DNA from: Octopus vulgaris
Taxonomy: Eukaryota
Direction of reading: 5' to 3'
DNA length: 64,000 nt
Assembly (NCBI GenBank): GCA_951406725.2
Contig: OX597835.1
Span: 11,966,001-12,030,000 of the forward strand
The notes under the pieces were generated by a model. The model was not told where the DNA came from and ran no database searches. It saw only the letters and a program-made list of their open reading frames with translations. Shown here piece by piece: positions 57,166 through 64,000 of this stretch. Within the stretch, counting starts at the first letter, position 1; each line of letters begins with the position of its first letter. Made by a program: the position numbers and the translations under genes.

Positions 57166-57779
57166 AGTCATTTCGAATTAAAATATATTGATGAACTATG
57201 TAAGACAGCCAAAAAATGCTTGGTTTGAAAATACCGCCTGGAAAAGTTCCGATAAAAGCGACACGAAAAGTCGTTTTCATTTTTAAAAGAAAATTCCATC
57301 TTGGTAATTCGAAATGAATTCTCTTTACAAGATCACTATTTTCATATTAATTTCGCTACTGAACTCATTGGCGATACGTAAATGCTTTCATGTTGTTTGT
57401 AATCCGTAGTACATAGTTTGATGTCATCCATATATGCAGGACATCACATAACACTTGTATGACTTTGGTTTTTAACATGTTGCTTAAAACTGACTTAACG
57501 CTATAGATATTTCGTAATCAATTCTAATAGGAAGGGATTTCGCTTTCACGGTTGCTTCTAACATTGGGAACGGATGAATATTTATGATTTCCGAATATGT
57601 CGACAAAACTTTTTTGTATAGTGGTAGATTATGAGTTTTCAATTTTTAAAGGCTTCCCGTTTCTTCGGCATTCCGCTTTTCTCTTATTTTATTTTATTTT
57701 GTACTTTCGTTGAGTCATCAAGGTGTTATAGTACCTGTTGACGATTCTATTTAATGTAGGGTAGATTACGCAACATCTA

Positions 57780-58489
57780 TTATCTTTACTTCTTTTTCAT
57801 CTTTATGGATAAGCAAGATATCTGAGTGTCTTGCCTCTATGACTTAGTCGCACTGCATGTTAAAATCCCAGATTACTTTGTAATGTTCCTTTTCCATTAT
57901 TCCCCCTGGCTTGTGTTCATACCATTGTTCAACTCTCTCAAGGTTTTGCTTTACCGCACAACAGCCAGTGGACATATCTGGCCACATTGTCGTTCCTTCT
58001 TTTGTATTCGTGTTGGTGTGAGCTTACAACACTCCCTAACAATATGGCTCATATATTCTCCTTTCTCAGAGCACATCCTAGACTGTGGTGAGTCAGTGCT
58101 TTAGCAATGTGATATTTGGAGTAGCTTCTTCTGAGAGCTTTTCTTGAGCGATGCACACTAATGCCTGAGTAGGCCCTTTTAAGTCTCCTTTCTGCAGCCA
58201 TTGCCAGTTACCATTCCAATCAATCTCATCTTTCTTCAAAAACCGACGGTGCATTTTCTTGTCCTGCCAAATTTTCTTCATATACTCTCTCTGGTCATTC
58301 TCGAATTGTGTTGGATCTACGGCTTCGTTCACTTTTAAAGCTCCCTAACTTTTCACTGTTTCAATCCTTTCTTCTTTACTCCCCTTGATATACCAAGCCA
58401 GGATATTCTCTTCTTCCCTTACACAAACTTCACAACACACCAATCCCCGTCCTCCTTCTTTCCTCTTTACATACAATCTTGACGAATCA
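57780..58489 (-). mobile_element. R4/Dong-type LINE (post-RT region and zinc knuckle)
   Basis: RLYVKRKEGGRGL, WQDKKMH, WQWLQKGDLK..IAQE, RMCSEKGEYMSHIVREC, EYKRRNDNVARYVHW. Confidence 0.88.
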
Positions 58490-58659
58490 AGGTGCAGGAG
58501 TGGCTGTGTGGTAAGTAGCTTGCTAACCAACCACATGGTTCCGGGTTCAGTCCCACTGCGTGGCATCTTGGGCAAGTGTCTTCTGCTATAGCCCCGGGCC
58601 GACCAATGCATTGTGAGTGGATTTGGTAGACGGAAACTGAAAGAAGCCTGTCGTATGGT

Positions 58660-58707
<48 letters not shown>

Positions 58708-58924
58708 GTTTGTGTGTCTGTGTTTGTCCCCCTAGCATTGCTTGACAACCGATGCTGGTGTGTTTACGTCCCCGTCACTTAGCGGTTCGGCAAAAGAGAC
58801 CGATAGAATAAGTACCGGACTTGCAAAGAATAAGTCCCGGGGTCGATTTTCTCGACTAAAGGTGGTGCTCCAGCATGGCCGCAGTCAAATGACTGAAACA
58901 AGTAAAAGAGTAAAGAGTAGAGTA
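58490..58924 (+). mobile_element. SINE family A, full-length, nested in R4-type LINE
   Basis: aggtgcaggagtggctgtgtgg ... gactgaaacaagtaaaagagta. Confidence 0.93.
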
Positions 58925-59449
58925 TCCATCTGATCTCTTTCAATGATACCCAGGTACTGATATCCTTCCTCGCTGACTTCCTTTATAGTTCCACCACTTT
59001 CCAGCTTGATACCATTGGTTTTACTGAGTCCTTTCTTGTGAGAATCCTTACACCACATCTCTCGATCCCGAATTCCATGTCAATATCTTTGCTAATCATC
59101 TGCATAGTTGCCGTCAAACTCCCAATTTCTTTCTCAGTTCAGTCCTAGCGAATAGCTTCAGGTAATCCATAAACTACAGGTTGTTTACTGTCACCCTGCT
59201 TAGTATGTACCCCACACTCATCTTTCTTAAAACGCTCGTTAGTGGTTGTATGCAGAAAACAAATAGGAGAGTCGACAGACTGTCCCCTTGAAAGATTCCT
59301 CTTTTGAGATTTTCCTCTCCCAGCTTATCTTCCCATGCTGTGAGTTCAGTTTGCCGCGATGTCATTGAGTTTTGTATTAACTTCAGGATATTGTGGGAAA
59401 CCTTACGCAGTTTAAGGCATTCGATAATCCATGAGTGTGAAACCATGTC
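58925..59449 (-). mobile_element. R4/Dong-type LINE reverse transcriptase fragment
   Basis: SHSWIIECL..RGIFQGDSLSTLLFVFCIQPLT..FMDYLKLFA..GYQYLGIIE; 5' end at (ATT)n. Confidence 0.9.
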
Positions 59450-59477
59450 GATTATTATTATTATTATTATTATTACT

Positions 59478-59920
59478 TTTTTTTTTCTTCTTTCAAATTT
59501 GCTTCCATTTCTTGCCGAGTGTCTTCCCGACTCCTAGGGCAAAGAAACTCATAGTATACATTGGTAGGTCATTAAACTAAACTCAATAGTTCGTTCATTT
59601 TTTTTTTAAGTTAAATTAAAATACATGGGTAGTAATAATTCTCACATCGACAATGCTCTTCTCAATACGTGTGATGTACCAGTTAAGACAATCTTTTGTA
59701 CTTCTTGCAGGGATGGTAAGCCAGGGATCATTCTCATATAATTTTCGGTTCCCTTCTTGATCATTCCTAGTGCTCCTACGATCACTGGTATAGCAACCGC
59801 CTTGAGATGCCACATTTTCTCAATTTCAATGAGTAGGTCTTTATATTTTCTGAGCTTGTCAAACTCTTTCGCTGATATATTATGATCACAGGGGATGCTC
59901 ATGTCGATCAATAAGCAAAC

Positions 59921-59921
<1 letters not shown>
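59478..59921 (-). mobile_element. Young R4/Dong-type LINE 3' end (intact RLE C-terminus plus 3' UTR) flanked by (TAA)n on both sides
   Basis: LIDMSIPCDHNISAKEFDKLRKYKDL..IPVIVGALGMIKK..LQEVQKIVLTGTSHVLRRALS* with no stops. Confidence 0.9.
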
Positions 59922-59977
<56 letters not shown>

Positions 59978-59978
59978 T

Positions 59979-60020
<42 letters not shown>

Positions 60021-60165
60021 CTATTATTGTTGTTGTTGTTGTTGTCGTTGTTGTTGCTGGTGTTGTTGGTGTTGTTTGTGTTGTTTTGTCAGTCCAGTCC
60101 CGAAACTGGTTAAATCGACGATTGTTGAACCGTTATTTATTATACATACAGACACAGATATATAC

Positions 60166-60252
<87 letters not shown>

Positions 60253-60380
60253 ATATATATATATATATACATATGTACATATGCATATATATATGCATAT
60301 ATATATATATATATATATATATGTATACATATGTGCATATGATATATATATATATATATGTATATGTACATATGTATACA

Positions 60381-60411
<31 letters not shown>

Positions 60412-60419
60412 GTATATGT

Positions 60420-60457
<38 letters not shown>

Positions 60458-60507
60458 ACATAGGTATATGTATATATATATATATATATATGTATATGTA
60501 CATATGT

Positions 60508-60558
<51 letters not shown>

Positions 60559-61032
60559 TACATACATACATATTCGAAGTTGGTGGTCCCTGATGTTATT
60601 GTTGAAGCCTGCGAAGCATAAATAATAAATATAATGACACAAAACAATAGTTCACTGAAAACGAACTAATGAAGGTACTGACAAGAAAAAATTCTGTTTC
60701 TAGTGGTTTTTTTGCAGCGTGACATTGCGGGCAGCTCCCTGTTCCGGGTCTGCGATTTGGAAAAAAAAAATCGGTGAAATGAAATATGATTCAAAATTAA
60801 TGGTTTATGAAACTATTATTTTTGTAAGAGAGAAATATAAATTAAATTACATTAATGAATCTTGGCTGACAAAAAAAGGGTGTTGTAGGGAGGAGGAAGC
60901 AAAACGGCGAAACGACTGTGATATATACATACATATACGCATATGCATATATGTGTATGTATGTATGTATGTATGTATGTATGTATATATGTATATATGT
61001 ATGTATATATCTATCTGTACATATATATATAT

Positions 61033-61076
<44 letters not shown>

Positions 61077-61081
<5 letters not shown>

Positions 61082-61276
61082 TGATTTAGGTATCTAAGAG
61101 ATACCACCACGCTGGAAATAGCAGTCACAACCTGACTCTAAAACCACATTAAATGTTCATACAGCATCAGGAGAGAAGACAAAGAGACAAAATAAACTAG
61201 CAAAAAATTACTGTGGAATTACAGATCTCGGTTTTCTGGCTTTGCATAAGAAATGCTCTGCCTTCATCAGTGGAAT
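61077..61276 (-). mobile_element. Penelope pLTR-like element homologous to the 4977-5066 arm, with degenerate hammerhead (61218-61276)
   Basis: ggtatctaagagataccaccacgctggaaatagcag...ctgactctaaaacc; minus strand AUUCCA-CUGAUGA-AGGC...GCCA-GAAAACCGAGA-UC-UGUAAU. Confidence 0.6.
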
Positions 61277-61303
61277 ATATATACGGTCACGTATGAGCAA
61301 CGT

Positions 61304-61334
<31 letters not shown>

Positions 61335-61512
61335 AGAGGGGAGAGAGAGACATATAGGAAACGGTGCAGGAGGGTGGAGAAAAGGGGAATTAGAGAAGGA
61401 TGGATGAAGGAAACAGTATAGAGTATCAAAAAGGTGAAGATCGCAGCATCGAAAAGGTGAAGATAAGCTTACTTGGAAGTGTATGCGTCGCGTTCAATTA
61501 AATTATAAGTAA

Positions 61513-61910
61513 CTAGCAGTATCGCCCGGCGTTGCTCGGGTTTGTAAGGGAAATAACTATATAAGCATTTTTAAGAGATGTAAAGTATAATAGCCATCTC
61601 AATATGGTTAACCACAAAGGGGTGGGTGTTACTGTAGCTTTTTACGTTCTGAGATTTAATAATAAACTTTTAGAGAGTTACTTCCCTATATATATGCCAA
61701 AAATGCATTAAAAATGGGGAAAATTGATTAACAAAATTTTTTTTAAATCGTGGACTCATCGTAGACGCGCTAATACCCAGAAGGGCTCGATATGAATCAC
61801 GACTATAGGATACCCGGTTTTGGTTAAACTGCACCGCAAAATGTGTGAGTAGTTAGGAATCTAAATCGTAGGAGACAGACAACACACAACCTCACTTTTA
61901 TTTATAAAGA
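61513..61910 (-). mobile_element. Non-autonomous Helitron
   Basis: Minus strand begins A|TCTTTATAAATAAAAG and ends with hairpin cccgagcaacgccggg followed by CTAG|T. Confidence 0.82.
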
Positions 61911-61918
61911 TATAAATA

Positions 61919-62085
<167 letters not shown>

Positions 62086-62514
62086 TTAGATGGATATACC
62101 GACATATATATGTATGTATGCATGTATTTATGTATGTATGAAAATCGCCGTAGATTACTGGAATCATTGTGATGTAGGTGTAAAATGAGAAATAATGATG
62201 ATACAGTGCGAAAGGAAAAGTTAGGTAACCCTCATGTTTCTCAGTCCAAAATGTCCGTCATCAGAAGTGGACGGCGGAAAAGAAACGTATGGTTACTTAG
62301 ATCCCGCCATGTTGTTATACGTTGCGCGAATGGGGATCTACGTAACCTGTCACGATATCGGTCTTTGTGCCTGGAATATATAAAGGTTGCTTAACTAAGA
62401 AGCTCTTTGAGTTTCTTCTTTATTTTGCTTCTCGAAACATGTATAAATGTACATGTATGCATACATACATATATACGTATGTGCGTATTTATATATATAT
62501 ATATATATATATAC

Positions 62515-62585
<71 letters not shown>

Positions 62586-62588
<3 letters not shown>

Positions 62589-62782
62589 GCCATGATAGAT
62601 TGTTAGCCACTACACACATTTTTTCTCTCCTTATTTCTCTCCTTGTTTTTTCTGTGTCTCTTTCTGTAGAAGAGCATAGGCTCAAAGCATAAAAGACTTT
62701 TTCTATTCCTGAGCGTTATACTTATACATCTGTTTGTTTTGTACACCACCTGTCTTCGTCTTTTGTTTTTTTCGTAAACTCT

Positions 62783-62785
<3 letters not shown>
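62586..62785 (+). mobile_element. Second copy of the 8674-8884 (AT)n-embedded element, with decayed hammerhead-like motif
   Basis: tctttctgtagaagagcataggctcaaagcataaaagac; flanked by TA runs. Confidence 0.7.
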
Positions 62786-62847
<62 letters not shown>

Positions 62848-63147
62848 CCTACATTTATATATGCATATATACACATGTGCGCATATAAGTATGGGATATA
62901 TGCGTGTGTACCTGTATGTGTGCATGTATTTATGTTTGTGTGAGTGTGTATGTACAACTATGACTCTATGTTTCACTTCTCTTCCGAATACGTGTAGGAT
63001 GTACATGCCTATAGCTCTGTCAGACGTTTATTGTTAGTGATTGCTGTTGATTAGAGAGATGGAACTGATAGTTTGTCGGGGCGTTTATAAATTAAATCGG
63101 AAAGATTTGAGTCTCCACTCTCTCTCTCTCTCTCTCCCTGCTTCTCT

Positions 63148-63184
<37 letters not shown>

Positions 63185-63669
63185 CAGAGGGGGAGGTTTG
63201 TTTATCCTCAAATAACAAATTGTTGAACTAATATTATAAGTACTTTCTGTAAGAGATTGTATTGGATAAGAAGAATTATCTTTTTTTGGAAGTACTGAAC
63301 AGCGCCTTTAGAAAAGCTTGTTTACATAATAGCATTTATTGTAACTATCTTTGAATAATCTGTATCGATTATCTTCGAGTCGTATATAATTTGAATCTTT
63401 GCTGTTGCTATTTAAGACATTTGATTACAGCTTTGATATAGAAATATCTGTTATCAAATATTGATTGTTGATGATGTAACTATATTTTTTTGTAATCTGA
63501 ATATTCACGCAGTGAAATAGCATATTATTGTATAGTGACTAATGCTAATATCGTATTTAATTTATTTGATAGAGATAATTCGGGATGAACTGTTTCAAAA
63601 TAAAATATCACTATTTAATTCATTCTTTTATGATAGATCGTATATGCGAGAAAACACAAAAACATGTCC

Positions 63670-63942
63670 AGGCGCAGGAGTGGCTCTGTGGTAAGTAGCT
63701 TGCTAACCAACCACATGGTTCCGGGTTCAGTCCCACTGCAATACTAGGGGGACAAACACAGACACACAAACACACACACACATATATATATATATACATA
63801 TATACGACAGGCTTCTTTCAGTTTCCGTCTACCAAATCCACTCACAAGGCATTGGTCGACCCGGGGCTATAGCAGAAGACACTTGTCCAAGATGCCACGC
63901 AGTGGACTGAACCCGGAACCATGTAGTTGGTTAGCAAGCTAC
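63670..63942. mobile_element. Rearranged SINE family A: + strand head (63670-63739) fused to an inverted 5' half (63740-63942)
   Basis: gtagcttgctaaccaaccacatggttccgggttcagtcccactgc is mirrored at 63899-63942. Confidence 0.85.
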
Positions 63943-64000
63943 ATTATTTCAAAACATTTGCCATAAAGGCAGTACACAGATTAAGTTAGCTTTGCGGGCT

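Overview
AT-rich, microsatellite-saturated eukaryotic non-coding DNA. The repeat landscape ((AT)n/(ACAT)n/(GATA)n/(ATT)n arrays and several abundant tRNA-derived SINE families) strongly resembles an Octopus (cephalopod) genome; this is an inference from repeat style. I found no credible host protein-coding gene: nearly all listed ORFs are microsatellite or SINE read-throughs. Recognisable content is about 20 SINE copies from at least 4 families, many decayed R4/Dong-type (RLE) LINE pieces next to (TAA)n tracts, a CR1/L2-type LINE 3' end, mariner remnants, a piggyBac-like MITE, a probable hAT MITE and a non-autonomous Helitron. The most notable signal is a set of short non-coding elements, several embedded in (AT)n tracts and several with long inverted repeats, that carry minimal type I hammerhead ribozyme (HHR) motifs of the Penelope/retrozyme type. 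These comprise canonical cores at 25804-25846 (+) and 13221-13274 (-), a U3-A8 compensatory variant at 17165-17218 (-), and variant or degenerate cores at about 8749, 13336, 17470, 26565, 28678, 61218 and 62659. All structures were read by eye; no folding or database searches were run.
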